The notes: generated from the sequence alone by a model not told the origin. A stretch of DNA of 30,789 nt from Myxococcales bacterium (GCA_045863395.1 BTVJ01000091.1:1-30789); one strand, 5' to 3'; shown: positions 17,721 to 28,614, counted from the stretch's first letter. Translations and numbers: made by a program.

Positions 17721-20700
17721 CCGACAAGGAGTGCCCCAAGTGCGGAAGGAGTGGTCCGGTTGCCGAGATGTTCGGCATGCGGAACATGACCCGCACCCGC
17801 AAAGACGGGAGCACGGTCGTTGAAGCAAGACCTCAATCCTATTGTCGTGACTGTCGTTCGGCTGGTCCGGTCCAGGAGGAGGAGTCGTCGCTTTCTTCCT
17901 CTGCCAGAACAACGGTTGATGGGGGGTATCAGGTGCCATTTCGCGACGACGAGCCACTCGACAACGAGTGGGCGACTTGGGGCCTTGAGAGGTGGAACTG
18001 GCGCCTCCTCAACCATTTCTTCCGCGTCGTCAATGAGCGTTCTGCTTCCGTCGTGGTGCTACTCGTCACCGCGGACGAACTCGCCCGCGCAGTGCGCGCG
18101 CCAAGCGCGCAAGCGGAGGTTGTTCGCTCCGCATTTCTCAATGCAGTTCGGACTGGCATTCGCCGCTCGGGAAGCTTGCTTGAGCATGCGTCCGACTACC
18201 AAGGCTACCCAGAGGCCCCGCCGCGCTCGGATGCACTTCCCAGGTTCGTCGCACATCTCCTTTTCACCTGCATCGCCGCGTCAGAGTCGTCGGAAGAACT
18301 CGGGAACGAAGGCCAGTTCCTGACGAGGCTTCGTGACCTCTCCGACAACCAACTGCCGGACCACTCGTTGCCGATGCTGCCGCGTCTCTGGCAACACCTC
18401 GCGACGTGGCTGCAGCGGAATTCCGGCCGGTATCGGCCGCTCGTGTTGCCCAACCCCGGTGGGCTCACTCGCATCGGCCACACCGTCAAGCTAGCCTTCC
18501 CAGACAGACGCGACCAGAAGAAGCTATCGGAGATTCTCGATGGTGCTGGGCTGGCTGGGCACGAGCCGCCCGTGGGACGAGTCCTTGCGGTCATCAGCTC
18601 CGCACGACGTAGCTTTGGGTCGTCCTTCATGATCGCGTTCGATGAGTTCCGTCGCCTCTACGAGAGCGTGAACAAGCAGTCCGTTCAACGCCTCGTAGAG
18701 CATCGATTCTGGGCGGCCGTGCGTGACGCGGCCCTTCGGGGACGTGGTCAAGCGAGCGTCACTGAGCTTGGGATTCGCGTCTCGCTCCTTGCGGAAGAAG
18801 AGGAGGACAGCATTGCTCTCTTCGTCGCTGCCGATGAGCGCACCGAGGAGGCTGCGAGTTTCGCGTTCGCCGAGTTGCCCATCGCTTACGGGCCTTGGCA
18901 GTACGCATTGGTTCCAACCGATGATTCAACGCTGGATGCAGAGCGGCTTGAGCGCACCGTCCGCAGCGTTCTTGAAGGAAGGCTCCGTCTTCCGAGGATC
19001 TCGAGCCTCGTGGAACAAGGCTTTCTCCCGTTCGTTGCGGGTTCGCACGGACTGCTAGAGCTGGCGACAGGACACGAACAGCTTGGAGATGTGTCCGTCG
19101 CGCTCGTGCGTGAGGCACTGGTTCCTGATCTGCTCCGGCTCATCGGAGAGCACTCGACACGTACGTCCAACCACGAGGGATGGGTCCAGATCGCGCAGCC
19201 ACGCCTGCGCTCGCTGAGCGCCGAGGAGGTCGAACGATCCACCATCGCGAGGACGTGGATCCTGCAGCAGTCCTTGAACCCGATGATATGCCGCCTCGTC
19301 GGAGGCGTGCGCGCCGAGGATGGCTGGTTGGGCGTAGCCGAAGTGCTGCCAACCGTCGTCGCTCCCGGAGCGTCCAGTGTGGTTCTCGATGGGCCAAGCG
19401 GGCGCATCGATCTCACCAAGGTGGGCGAGGAAGCCTGGACCCTTCCGAGCAAGGACCTCGTCGGCGACTACACGGTTTCCGTCGTCGCGGACGGTGCCTC
19501 CGAGCGTCGTGCGCTTCGGTTCCACTCCACTCCGGTGACCGAGACGTTCAAGCGCGCGACCGACCCCGCAGGATGGATCACCGAGGGACTCCGTGGCACG
19601 GGTACGCTCGAAGACCAGGGCTTCGTCGACGTGCCGTCCGCCCGCGACTTCGCAGCGTATTGTGAGCGCGCTGTTCTGCTCGGCGCGGACGTCGGGGCGT
19701 TCGTGTCGACCCTGGAGGATGCATCCTGGAGGCTCACCCACTTCGCGGGCAAGCTGCTCGCCACCCGTGCTTGTCGGACAGGCGAAGATGCGGTGCCGCG
19801 CCACCAGATCGACAACGCCCATGCGCGTCGCCGCTGGCGCACGATGCTGTTCAACAGCATCCCGGATACGTCGGACCCCCTCTTTGATGAGTCCAGACGC
19901 CAAGCCCGAGGCGCAGCCAACAACCGCAACCTGCCTCGGCGCGAGGTCGAACAGGTCGTTCCCGATGTCGCGCCGCTTCGACTCTCGGCTCCAACGCCTG
20001 CTGTTGAGCGGCTCGTCCGCGTCATCGCAGGTCGGGCGGCGGCACGTGCTGGGCTTGATTGGAGTGAGTGGGCAGAGCTGGCCCAACGAATCATCGGTAT
20101 CGAGAAGCGCGCTGTCGAGCATGTGACGCGCGCGTGGATGGAGGCCGGTCTCATCGACGTCGCCTCCTACGCACGATGGTGGCACAAGCGCATCTTCGCG
20201 CGCGGCCCCCAGCTCGTAGCATTCAAGGTCGGCCAGGGTTTCGGCGCAGCATTGATGGGGCTGGTGCTGCCCACGACGCTTACCGAACTGCAAGCAGCGG
20301 CCTCTCGTCTTGGCCTGCTGGTAGAAGAGCGTTCCTCCGTGTCTTCGTTGGTGCCGCGCAGCCTCGCCCTTCGTGCTCCTACCAGGGAGTCCCTCGAGGG
20401 CTTCGCGACGAGCAAACGTCTGCCAACGCGCTGGCTCGACCTTGCGGTGCTAGAGACGACTCAACCCCGGCACGATGGGTTGTCTCCGCCTCCGACCCAC
20501 TACGAGCGAACGACACGGTGGCACCACTGGTCGCTGGCCGCAGGGGAATCTCCCCGCTTGTTGGTGGAGCATCACATGCGACGTGATCGGCCCGATTTCT
20601 GGACCACGTCGCTCGAGGGCCGTGGCATTTGGTCTTACGACCTCAACATCGCACGCGGCTGGGCGGCTGCTCAGCTCGGCGAGCCTTTGGTTGCAGCGCA

Positions 20701-20917
20701 GGGAGCATCCTTCCTCGATGCCCACCATGGATTCCTTCCGTTGCCGCTCGCGCGCGTGGTCTCCGCGCTCGGCGGCGGCTTGTCAGGCCCCATCGACGGC
20801 AAGCACCGGTACGTCACTGGAACCCCGCAGTTCCGCGAGTTCGTTCTCGACCTCGTTTCACGGGTCTTCGACCCTTCACGCTTGGCAGCGCGAGTCGCCG
20901 AGCAGGCAATTGGATGA
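17717..20917 (+). CDS. Large hypothetical protein (1066 aa) with N-terminal C4 zinc finger; positional equivalent of Druantia DruH
   Basis: ATGA overlap with vsr, and the stop lies 3 bp before the helicase ATG. N-terminal CPKC...PQSYCRDC; no catalytic motif recognised. DruH-likeness rests only on size and position. Confidence 0.75.
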   Translation: MTDKECPKCGRSGPVAEMFGMRNMTRTRKDGSTVVEARPQSYCRDCRSAGPVQEEESSLSSSARTTVDGGYQVPFRDDEPLDNEWATWGLERWNWRLLNHFFRVVNERSASVVVLLVTADELARAVRAPSAQAEVVRSAFLNAVRTGIRRSGSLLEHASDYQGYPEAPPRSDALPRFVAHLLFTCIAASESSEELGNEGQFLTRLRDLSDNQLPDHSLPMLPRLWQHLATWLQRNSGRYRPLVLPNPGGLTRIGHTVKLAFPDRRDQKKLSEILDGAGLAGHEPPVGRVLAVISSARRSFGSSFMIAFDEFRRLYESVNKQSVQRLVEHRFWAAVRDAALRGRGQASVTELGIRVSLLAEEEEDSIALFVAADERTEEAASFAFAELPIAYGPWQYALVPTDDSTLDAERLERTVRSVLEGRLRLPRISSLVEQGFLPFVAGSHGLLELATGHEQLGDVSVALVREALVPDLLRLIGEHSTRTSNHEGWVQIAQPRLRSLSAEEVERSTIARTWILQQSLNPMICRLVGGVRAEDGWLGVAEVLPTVVAPGASSVVLDGPSGRIDLTKVGEEAWTLPSKDLVGDYTVSVVADGASERRALRFHSTPVTETFKRATDPAGWITEGLRGTGTLEDQGFVDVPSARDFAAYCERAVLLGADVGAFVSTLEDASWRLTHFAGKLLATRACRTGEDAVPRHQIDNAHARRRWRTMLFNSIPDTSDPLFDESRRQARGAANNRNLPRREVEQVVPDVAPLRLSAPTPAVERLVRVIAGRAAARAGLDWSEWAELAQRIIGIEKRAVEHVTRAWMEAGLIDVASYARWWHKRIFARGPQLVAFKVGQGFGAALMGLVLPTTLTELQAAASRLGLLVEERSSVSSLVPRSLALRAPTRESLEGFATSKRLPTRWLDLAVLETTQPRHDGLSPPPTHYERTTRWHHWSLAAGESPRLLVEHHMRRDRPDFWTTSLEGRGIWSYDLNIARGWAAAQLGEPLVAAQGASFLDAHHGFLPLPLARVVSALGGGLSGPIDGKHRYVTGTPQFREFVLDLVSRVFDPSRLAARVAEQAIG

Positions 20918-20920
20918 CCC

Positions 20921-23900
20921 ATGTTTGATCCCGTCGGCGGTTTTCAGCGAGTTCGCGAACTCTACATCACCTACCTCGAGACGGCTTTCCGCATCGCCAA
21001 CGAGGGCGTGAGCCGTGAGCGTCGTGCGCTGCTCGAGACTCCTGGCGCGCTCTGCACGGCACCGCTCCTCGAACCGCTGCCTCGGTACAAGTCTGTCGAC
21101 TGGCGGCTTCGCGAACTCGAGACAAACAACGACTGGCTCACACAGTTTACACCCGAGGCTCGTCGAGCCTTCATTCGGTTGGTGTCATCGGGCCTCTTCG
21201 ACAGCGAGGAGGTGCGCCTCTATCGCCACCAAGCATCCATGCTGGAGCGCGGAACGAGGCCGGGGCAGCCGGGCATCGTCACGTCTGGCACGGGCTCGGG
21301 CAAGACCGAGTCGTTCCTGCTGCCGGTTCTTGCCCAGATCGTTCGCGAGGCGAAGACGTGGGCGCGGCCGTCCGATGGCTATCTCCAGCAGGCTTGGTGG
21401 CACGACGGTGACGGGAAGCCTTTCGAGTCCTTCAGCAAGATCCCCGCTGCGCGGAGACCGCTCAAGAAGAACCCCGAGGCTGACCCATTCGTCCTCCACC
21501 GGAACGGCGAGCAACGTCCTTCCGCCGTGCGCTGCTTGGTTCTTTATCCGATGAACGCGCTGGTCGAGGATCAGCTTTCACGCCTCAGGAAAGCACTCGA
21601 CTCGGAGCAGGCCCACGCCGTTCTCGACGAAGAGATTGCTGGCAACCGGATCTTCTTCGGACGCTATACGAGCGACACCCCTGTCACTGGCTTCAATGTT
21701 CATCCTCGCACTGCCCCGAGCGCCGACTACAAGCGGCGCGCGCGCAAGCTCGAGCAGCTCTTCGAGGAGATGGTTCAGTTCCAACGGACCCAACGCATGG
21801 TTCGCGAGCGTTGCGCCGATGAATCGTCAGGGTTGGACGCCGACGACCAGTTTCTCTTTCCAGCGGTCGATGGCGCGGAACTTCTGTCGCGCTGGGACAT
21901 GCAGCAGACGCCTCCCGACATCCTCATCACCAACGTCAGCATGCTCGGAGCCATGCTCAATCGCGAGGTCGATGATCCGGTTTTCGAGACGACCAAGCAG
22001 TGGCTCACGTCGAATGACGGCGCCTATTTCTACCTCGTTCTCGATGAACTCCACTTGCAGCGTGGGGCCGCGGGAACCGAGGTCGCATACCTTCTAAGGC
22101 TATTACTTCATCGCCTCGGCCTGAGCGATCCCGCTCATCGGCACAAGGTGCGGATCTTGGCGTCGAGCGCTTCGCTCCCCGTCGACGGCGAGGAAGGAGC
22201 GCGGAGCCGCACGTACCTCTGGGACATGTTCGGGAGCTTCGGAACGTGGACGTCCACTGGGCAACGCGCGTCTGGGCCCGATGACTGGGGCACGGCCATC
22301 GTGCCGGGTGAGCCCGAGCCCGAAACGCCACGCGGACAAGATGGACTCGCCGCTGCACCGTTCGAAGACTTCCTTCGACAGCATGAGGGGACTGAAACCG
22401 AACCGGCCTGTTCCTCCAACGCGCAGGAACCGCCCGTTCTTGAAGGCGCCTGGCGCGCTGTGGCTGGCGCACTCGGCCTCGATGCGACTGCCGCGTTGGC
22501 CGTCGTCGTTCGCTCGGCCATCGAAGAATCGGCACGCCGGTTGGCGGCGGCGTGCTGGTCGCCGGAAGATGGTAGGCCCCGCGCAGTCGCCATCGATGAA
22601 CTCGGTCGGGTGCTTTTTGGGGGCGCCGGCGCGAGCACCGAGGCCATCCGTGGCCTGCTTCTGGTACGTGGCCTTGGCGACGCCTTTCCGAGGTGGTTCG
22701 CGGCGGAAGCAGCGGGCGCGCCACTTGCTGCACCGTCTTTCCGCCTGCACACGTTCTTCCGCAGCATCGAGGGCGTCTACGCGCCACTTGATCGAGGCGC
22801 GAGTTCTGACGGCGAGTTTCACAACGACCAGCGGAAGATCGGTCGTCTCTCGCTCGAACGAGCAACGAGCACTGGCCTCTCCCAGGAGGCCACCGAGCGT
22901 AGACAGCCTCCGCTGCGCCTTCTCGAAGTCCTCTACTGCGAGTGCTGTGGCGAGATCTTCGTCGGCGGCATGCGGCGGCGACGCGGCACCAACGAGTTCG
23001 AGCTTCTGCCAACTGAGGCTGATCTCGACGGGCTTCCTGATGCTGCTGCGAGCCAGCGTTTCGAGGATCTGTCGTTCGACCAGTACTGCGTGTTCTGGCC
23101 GACGGATCGAACCGGGCAGCCGCCTGTCGCCGATACCGGACAGACTCCTGAATCTTGGGCGGCTGCCTCGTTGGACCCCGCCACAGGAGTCGTGCGTCCG
23201 GTGTCACCAACTCGAGCGGTACCAGACGACCACGCGCGTGGATGGCTCTACGTTCGTGCGAACAGGCAGGATAAGCACAAGCGGAGCAACCAGTACCGCG
23301 GCACCAACGTGCCCTACGAGTGCCCCGCGTGCGAGACAGACTACTCGCCTCGTCGCATCGAGAAGTCTCGTCTGTCCCCGATTCGTCACTTCAGAACCGG
23401 CTTTGCGAAGACGACGCAACTCCTCGCGAGCGACCTCTTCCATCTCCTCAAGTTTCACTCGACGTCGCCGAAGCTCGTGTCCTTCTCCGACAGTCGACAA
23501 GATGCCGCCAAGGCCGCTCTGGACGTGGAAAGCGGTCACCATCAGGACGTTCGGCGTGATGTTCTGATCAATGCGCTCCGCGCGGCACAGGCTGCGTTGC
23601 CCTCGTCGGCGGATAGCAATGCACGACTGGCCGAGCTCACCGCGCAGGTGGCCGAGGCTGCTGGCCGTGCAGACCTGGATCAGGTGCAGAGGCTGTCAGC
23701 CGAGATTGCGCAAGTGCGGCAGCAAGGCGCGGCAGCGGCGGAAGGTACCGTTCGCATCGGCGACATTCTCGAGGACCCGAGGCAGCCGAGGTTCTTGGGG
23801 GCTGCAGACGCCAGGGAGTCGCTCAAGCCGTTGATTCGTGCCTTCGTCGAACTGGGCATCCACCCTGTTCATCCGGCAGGAACCCGCAAGTTCGGTGCGG

Positions 23901-26900
23901 AGGCAGATGGCCAGACGCGCTGGTTCGACTGGAATGAGTTGTTCGAGCGCCGCAACGGGGTGTTCGACTGGCGTGATGACGTTCAGAACCAGCAGTGGCT
24001 CAACGTCGCCCGCACCCAACTCGTCGAGCAGATGCAGAAGCTCGTCACCGAGATTGTCCTCAGCCGCACCTACTTCTCCATCGAGGAAGCTGGCCTCGGC
24101 TACCTGTGCCTGCCGAGAGCCGCCGTCGTAGGTACCGATGCGCGTGCGTTCGAGAACGCGGCCGCGTTCGTGCGTGTCTTCGGCGACGCCTATCGCCTCC
24201 TCGACAGCCCCTATGATCGAACGCCGGACCCGTGGAAAGACGAGAACGCGATCGGATCGACCAACCGAGTTCTTCGTTTCGCGAAGGCTCTTTGGGGTGA
24301 CGCAGACGCCAAGAGGAATGTCGCTGGAGTTCTCACACAGCTTTCGAGCGCTGGGCACCGAGACGGGCTGCTCTCGACAGCATCGCTTCGCGTTCGTCTC
24401 GCCTCGCCGGACGAAGACTTTTGGCGCTGCGGGAAGTGCGCGCGAGTGCATCTGCACAAGGGTGCGGAAATTTGCACGCGGTGCCTTACGCGCCTCCCTA
24501 CGACTGCGAGCGGAAAGGTCAGCGAGATCGTCGCTGCGAACTTCCTCTCCAAGCGGTTGAGCCGTGCCGCCGCTACAGCCTTCCGCCTCCACTGCGAAGA
24601 GCTCACGGGACAGACCGAGAATGGTGCCGACCGACAGCGCAAGTTTAGGGGGATACTGTTTCCCGGCTTCCGCCCGCTCCGCGATGCAGACCGAAAGAAG
24701 GTCTACGACGAGAACGACGATGAAGTTCTCGTCCCTGACGACCCCTTCTTCCTGCCGGAGCGCGAAGAGATCGACCTTCTCGCCGTAACCACGACGATGG
24801 AGGTGGGCATCGACATCGGGCCGTTGCAGGCAGTTCTGCAGGCCAACATGCCGCCGCAGCGGTTCAATTATCAGCAGCGCGTTGGTCGTGCTGGACGGCG
24901 GCGGCAGGCTTATTCATTCGTGCTCACGGTCTGTCGTACCAAGAGTCACGACCTCTACTACTTCCGCGAGCCGCAGAAGATCACTGGCGACGTTCCGCCT
25001 CCGCCGTTCCTCACCAAGAGGATGCCGAACATTGCCCGTCGCTTTCTGCGGAAGTGGTGGCTGAATACTGCTTTCGCCTCCATGCGCGGCGCGGCTTCAC
25101 CGTGGCCGGCGGACGAGATGCGACCGCCGGACATCCACGGCGAGTTCATGCCGACCGACACGTATTTCAACGACGCCTGGCGCCCCCGATTGGAGAGCGC
25201 GCTCAATACCTCGTCGCAGAGTGCCCGCGCGTTCGTCGACCTCCTCTGCGAAGACTCGGCACTCCCGGCCACTGAGGTCTGGCTCTCCGCACCACGCGAG
25301 TTGCTCGACGAGGTCGAGCAACTCGCGGTGCGCCGAGAGTCGCGACGATACGGCCTTGCTCACTCCCTCGCGGAGCAGGGAAATCTGCCGATGTACGGTA
25401 TGCCGACGCGCGTTCGCGATCTCTACGTTGGGACGCGCGAGTCGGCATCCACGCGCCAGACCGATTGGCTCACGATCGATCGCGACCTCGACTTGGCCGT
25501 CTACGAGTTCGCGCCCGGGTCGGTGATCGTGAAGGACAAGAGGGAGCACGTGTGCGTCGGCTTCACTGGGCCGCTACCGGGGTTCTTGTTCAAGCAGCCT
25601 CCGGGCATTCACGTGAACCCGATGTCGGCACCGTTCGGTGAGCCGTTCTGGATGCTCGAGTGCGTCAACTGCGGTTCGTGGTTCCGCTACGACGCACGAC
25701 CCGATGACACCATCGGCGACTGTATCTCGTGCGGTCGTCCGCTTGAGCCCCGCCGCTCAGCCGAGAGCCGAGAGCCGCTGGGGTTCCGAACGAACTTCCG
25801 ACCGTCGGCGGACACGGACAGCGACGGTCCTAGTGGACGACACCGGTCCATACAGTCCGAGGCGGGCGGCTTGTCGTTCACGCAGGCGGGCGGAAGCAAC
25901 CTCGGGATCTTCGTCGGACCACAGATCAAGACCTACCGCCTCAACCGTGGAGGTATCGACCCGGCCAACCCAGGGGCCTGGCTCGGCTACTCTGCGGTGC
26001 TCGGAGAGCAGAAGCTGCGGCGTGGAAATCGAGAGGCGTTCCTTGACAGTCAGATGATCGCCGAGGACCTGCCCGATCCCAACGACGCGCCGAGAGACTT
26101 CACGCCGTATGTGGGAGACGACGCTCAGAGCGTCAGTAGCGTGTGGTTGGCGGCGCCGAAGACCACGGATGCCCTCTATCTCGCGCCGACGGTGATCCCG
26201 AGTGGCTTGAGCATCGAACGGGTTGTTGGGCCTCGCGCGCTCGAAGGTCTCACAGGAGCCCAAGTCCTTGATGCACTTGGACGAACGTCGGTGCGCGCTG
26301 CTGCGCTTTCGGCCACCTTCATCCTCGTGAACCGGGCCGCGCTGCAGCTCGACGTGGATCCCGAAGAGTTCGACGTCATCGAGCCCAGGCTCTTCCGCCC
26401 GTCGGGAGGCGCTGCGGTCCCGGTCCTTCAGTTCGCGGACCATCTCGTGAACGGTGCTGGGTTCTGTGTCGCCCTTGGGGCGCCGGACCCGGCGACGGGC
26501 CGCCCGCTCATCGCGTCGCTCTTGTCGTCGGTGTTGAACGACGCCGACCAGTACCCGTTGAACGAGTTCTTGCGAGGCGACCACGAGACCACCTGCGAGC
26601 AGGGTTGCTACCGATGTCTCCTCCGCTACCGCAATCAGCCTTATCACGGCCTGTTGGATTGGCGGCTGGGGCTGGCGTTCCTTGATGCGTTCGCAAATGC
26701 GAGCAGCAGGTGCGGTCTGGACGGTAACTTCGGAGCGCCCGCTCTGCGAGAGTGGGGTGCGCTTGTCGAGCGCGATGTGTGGCGACTCGAACGTCAGTTC
26801 ACGCGCATGCAGACGAGGCAAGTCGGCTCACTCTGGGCCGCCCGCTTCGATGGCTCCCCGAAGTGGGCACTTATCGCGCACCCGCTGTGGGACGCTTCAG

Positions 26901-27025
26901 ATCCAACAGGAGTCCTGCTCGACGCCGTGACTGCGCTGGGCAATGACCCCTTCGTCATCGTGGACTCTTTCAACCTTGCGCGTCGGCCAGTGACGATCCG
27001 CAAAGCGATCCTCGACGGGGCATGA
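20921..27025 (+). CDS. DExH-box SF2 helicase with C-terminal DUF1998-type Zn domain, DruE-like (2034 aa)
   Basis: Q motif LYRHQ, Walker A SGTGSGKT, Ia [10 protein letters not shown], Ib [50 protein letters not shown]. Several CxxC pairs; C-terminal D..NGAGF and [11 protein letters not shown]...H..LD. Confidence 0.9.
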   Translation: MFDPVGGFQRVRELYITYLETAFRIANEGVSRERRALLETPGALCTAPLLEPLPRYKSVDWRLRELETNNDWLTQFTPEARRAFIRLVSSGLFDSEEVRLYRHQASMLERGTRPGQPGIVTSGTGSGKTESFLLPVLAQIVREAKTWARPSDGYLQQAWWHDGDGKPFESFSKIPAARRPLKKNPEADPFVLHRNGEQRPSAVRCLVLYPMNALVEDQLSRLRKALDSEQAHAVLDEEIAGNRIFFGRYTSDTPVTGFNVHPRTAPSADYKRRARKLEQLFEEMVQFQRTQRMVRERCADESSGLDADDQFLFPAVDGAELLSRWDMQQTPPDILITNVSMLGAMLNREVDDPVFETTKQWLTSNDGAYFYLVLDELHLQRGAAGTEVAYLLRLLLHRLGLSDPAHRHKVRILASSASLPVDGEEGARSRTYLWDMFGSFGTWTSTGQRASGPDDWGTAIVPGEPEPETPRGQDGLAAAPFEDFLRQHEGTETEPACSSNAQEPPVLEGAWRAVAGALGLDATAALAVVVRSAIEESARRLAAACWSPEDGRPRAVAIDELGRVLFGGAGASTEAIRGLLLVRGLGDAFPRWFAAEAAGAPLAAPSFRLHTFFRSIEGVYAPLDRGASSDGEFHNDQRKIGRLSLERATSTGLSQEATERRQPPLRLLEVLYCECCGEIFVGGMRRRRGTNEFELLPTEADLDGLPDAAASQRFEDLSFDQYCVFWPTDRTGQPPVADTGQTPESWAAASLDPATGVVRPVSPTRAVPDDHARGWLYVRANRQDKHKRSNQYRGTNVPYECPACETDYSPRRIEKSRLSPIRHFRTGFAKTTQLLASDLFHLLKFHSTSPKLVSFSDSRQDAAKAALDVESGHHQDVRRDVLINALRAAQAALPSSADSNARLAELTAQVAEAAGRADLDQVQRLSAEIAQVRQQGAAAAEGTVRIGDILEDPRQPRFLGAADARESLKPLIRAFVELGIHPVHPAGTRKFGAEADGQTRWFDWNELFERRNGVFDWRDDVQNQQWLNVARTQLVEQMQKLVTEIVLSRTYFSIEEAGLGYLCLPRAAVVGTDARAFENAAAFVRVFGDAYRLLDSPYDRTPDPWKDENAIGSTNRVLRFAKALWGDADAKRNVAGVLTQLSSAGHRDGLLSTASLRVRLASPDEDFWRCGKCARVHLHKGAEICTRCLTRLPTTASGKVSEIVAANFLSKRLSRAAATAFRLHCEELTGQTENGADRQRKFRGILFPGFRPLRDADRKKVYDENDDEVLVPDDPFFLPEREEIDLLAVTTTMEVGIDIGPLQAVLQANMPPQRFNYQQRVGRAGRRRQAYSFVLTVCRTKSHDLYYFREPQKITGDVPPPPFLTKRMPNIARRFLRKWWLNTAFASMRGAASPWPADEMRPPDIHGEFMPTDTYFNDAWRPRLESALNTSSQSARAFVDLLCEDSALPATEVWLSAPRELLDEVEQLAVRRESRRYGLAHSLAEQGNLPMYGMPTRVRDLYVGTRESASTRQTDWLTIDRDLDLAVYEFAPGSVIVKDKREHVCVGFTGPLPGFLFKQPPGIHVNPMSAPFGEPFWMLECVNCGSWFRYDARPDDTIGDCISCGRPLEPRRSAESREPLGFRTNFRPSADTDSDGPSGRHRSIQSEAGGLSFTQAGGSNLGIFVGPQIKTYRLNRGGIDPANPGAWLGYSAVLGEQKLRRGNREAFLDSQMIAEDLPDPNDAPRDFTPYVGDDAQSVSSVWLAAPKTTDALYLAPTVIPSGLSIERVVGPRALEGLTGAQVLDALGRTSVRAAALSATFILVNRAALQLDVDPEEFDVIEPRLFRPSGGAAVPVLQFADHLVNGAGFCVALGAPDPATGRPLIASLLSSVLNDADQYPLNEFLRGDHETTCEQGCYRCLLRYRNQPYHGLLDWRLGLAFLDAFANASSRCGLDGNFGAPALREWGALVERDVWRLERQFTRMQTRQVGSLWAARFDGSPKWALIAHPLWDASDPTGVLLDAVTALGNDPFVIVDSFNLARRPVTIRKAILDGA

Positions 27026-27028
27026 CGG

Positions 27029-28213
27029 GTGGTTCCGCTCCCTCCGACGATGACCGAAGTGACGGTCCCGGACTGCTTCTCACCGTCCGCGCTGGGGGCC
27101 TCAGCGCGCTGTCGCCTGAAGCTGGTCGTCACCTCGTCCACTCGGCGGGCCGAGGGAGACGAGCGGCTTGCATCGGGTCCAGAAGCCATGGTCGGCACCG
27201 TGTTGCATCGGGTGCTCGACCGTGTGGAGCAAGGCGATGAGCTTTCTCCAGACGAGGTCTTCCAGCAGGAGTACGCGAGAGCCGTCGATGAGTTGCAACG
27301 AGACCCTCGGAGGGCTCACTTCGCGGACTTGGCATCGACGAGGTCGCTCGCGGAGTGGAACCGCACGAAGCAGTGGGTGTTGGCGCGAGCGACTCAGCAG
27401 ACCAGCCCGGTGCGTCCAAAAACTGCTGCAACGGCTGGGCAAGGAAGCTCCCGGCTCACCGGGCCCGAGGTGGGCTTCCAGAGCCCGACACTGCGCTTGC
27501 GCGGCAAGGCAGATAGCGTCCGGCAACTTGGGTCCCGCGAGTTCGAAGTTCGCGACTTCAAGACCGGCGTCGTGCTGGATGAGCGCGGTGAGGTGAAATC
27601 GGAGATCGAGCTGCAGCTCTGGGCGTATGCCTTCATGCTGCTCGAGCGTCGCCCGGGATGCCATGTGCGGCTCGTCGTGGATGACGGCGCAGAGCGTGAG
27701 GTTGCCTTCGACGCCGACGCGCGCGCTCGCGCGAAACGTGTTCTGGACGAACTACTCAAGGGTATGCCGCCCGCTGGACCGTCGACGTCTGGCGAACTTG
27801 CCGTACCGGGTAAGGGTTGCTGGGGGTGTCAGGTCCGCCATGTCTGCCCGGCGTATCTCGCGGCAGCGCCTCAATGGTGGCAGCAGTATCCCGACGGCGT
27901 CGACAGGCTCTCTAACGATGTCTGGGGCACGGTCCTTGATGTCATCGGGGAGGGACGGGTCGACGTGGTGCTGCGCGACGCGGCAGGACGCCGAGTGCGC
28001 ATCGACGGGCTCGATCCTCGACATGGCCTGACCTCGGTGCTCGTCGGCAAGAGGGTTTGGTTCTTCGGGCTCGAGGCCACCGGAGCAACCCGAGGTTTCG
28101 ACGGCGGGCGCTTCCACCCGCGATCATTCCATGAGTTGCCGCGAGACAGGATGGAGCGGCGGGCGTGGGCGCTTCACGTCTTCGTCGAAAAAGAGACGGC
28201 AGGTGGCGCATGA
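27029..28213 (+). CDS. PD-(D/E)XK nuclease, RecB/AddB/Cas4-like, with putative 4Fe-4S ligands (394 aa)
   Basis: FSPSAL....RC, GTVLHRVL, LRGKAD, VRDFKTG, QLWAY and C-terminal CWGCQVRHVC give a 1+3 Cys arrangement. GTG starts 3 bp after the helicase stop. Confidence 0.85.
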   Translation: MVPLPPTMTEVTVPDCFSPSALGASARCRLKLVVTSSTRRAEGDERLASGPEAMVGTVLHRVLDRVEQGDELSPDEVFQQEYARAVDELQRDPRRAHFADLASTRSLAEWNRTKQWVLARATQQTSPVRPKTAATAGQGSSRLTGPEVGFQSPTLRLRGKADSVRQLGSREFEVRDFKTGVVLDERGEVKSEIELQLWAYAFMLLERRPGCHVRLVVDDGAEREVAFDADARARAKRVLDELLKGMPPAGPSTSGELAVPGKGCWGCQVRHVCPAYLAAAPQWWQQYPDGVDRLSNDVWGTVLDVIGEGRVDVVLRDAAGRRVRIDGLDPRHGLTSVLVGKRVWFFGLEATGATRGFDGGRFHPRSFHELPRDRMERRAWALHVFVEKETAGGA

Positions 28214-28288
28214 CCCGCAAGAGGAAGCCGACCACCTGGCTCGCCCGCTCCTCTGCGGCTGAGTACCTGACCTTCATGACGGCCAGCA
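28210..28288 (+). pseudogene. rhuM: RhuM-family protein, N-terminal remnant cut by an IS end
   Basis: ATGA overlap with the nuclease. RSSAAEYLTF matches the RhuM-family N-terminus as I recall it; similarity is lost at the IS end at 28289. Confidence 0.6.
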
Positions 28289-28451
28289 CGGAGCGTGTCA
28301 ACGACTTTGAGGCTGCACGATGTCGAATTTTGGGAAGGACGCAGATATGCATCCCGCCCGAGTTGATGCCTCGGCTCGCGCCGTGATGACGAGGCAGGTT
28401 GCCGGCCGGGCCTGGGGCCGAGGACGGACAGGACGTGGCTCACGGTGGTAC

Positions 28452-28614
28452 GGGCTATGGACAGTGCCGTGCCTGCCGGGGAGGGTGGACAGCCCGTGGA
28501 CGGCCGCCGAGGCGGCGCCCGCCCACCGCCTGACCACCCTCCCCTTGGACAACCGATGCGGTTGCCCACAGGCACTTGGACAACCGATGCGGTTGCACAC
28601 ACTGCCCACAGCCC
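28452..28614 (-). other. Multi-branched inverted-repeat element (candidate structured RNA or ssDNA element associated with an IS end)
   Basis: Nested stems 28452-28466/28600-28614, 28469-28475/28569-28575 and 28478-28492/28530-28544, plus two copies of a CAACCG-ATG-CGGTTG hairpin. Confidence 0.6.

Noticed and set aside
16112..27025. Assignment as DISARM class 2 (C5 MTase, helicase, DUF1998)
   Set aside because: DISARM has separate DrmA and DrmB proteins and a PLD nuclease (DrmC). Here helicase and DUF1998 are one 2034-aa chain and I see no HKD motif protein.
27029..28213. CRISPR adaptation cas4
   Set aside because: No cas1, cas2 or array in the window; the protein is longer than typical Cas4 and coupled to the helicase.
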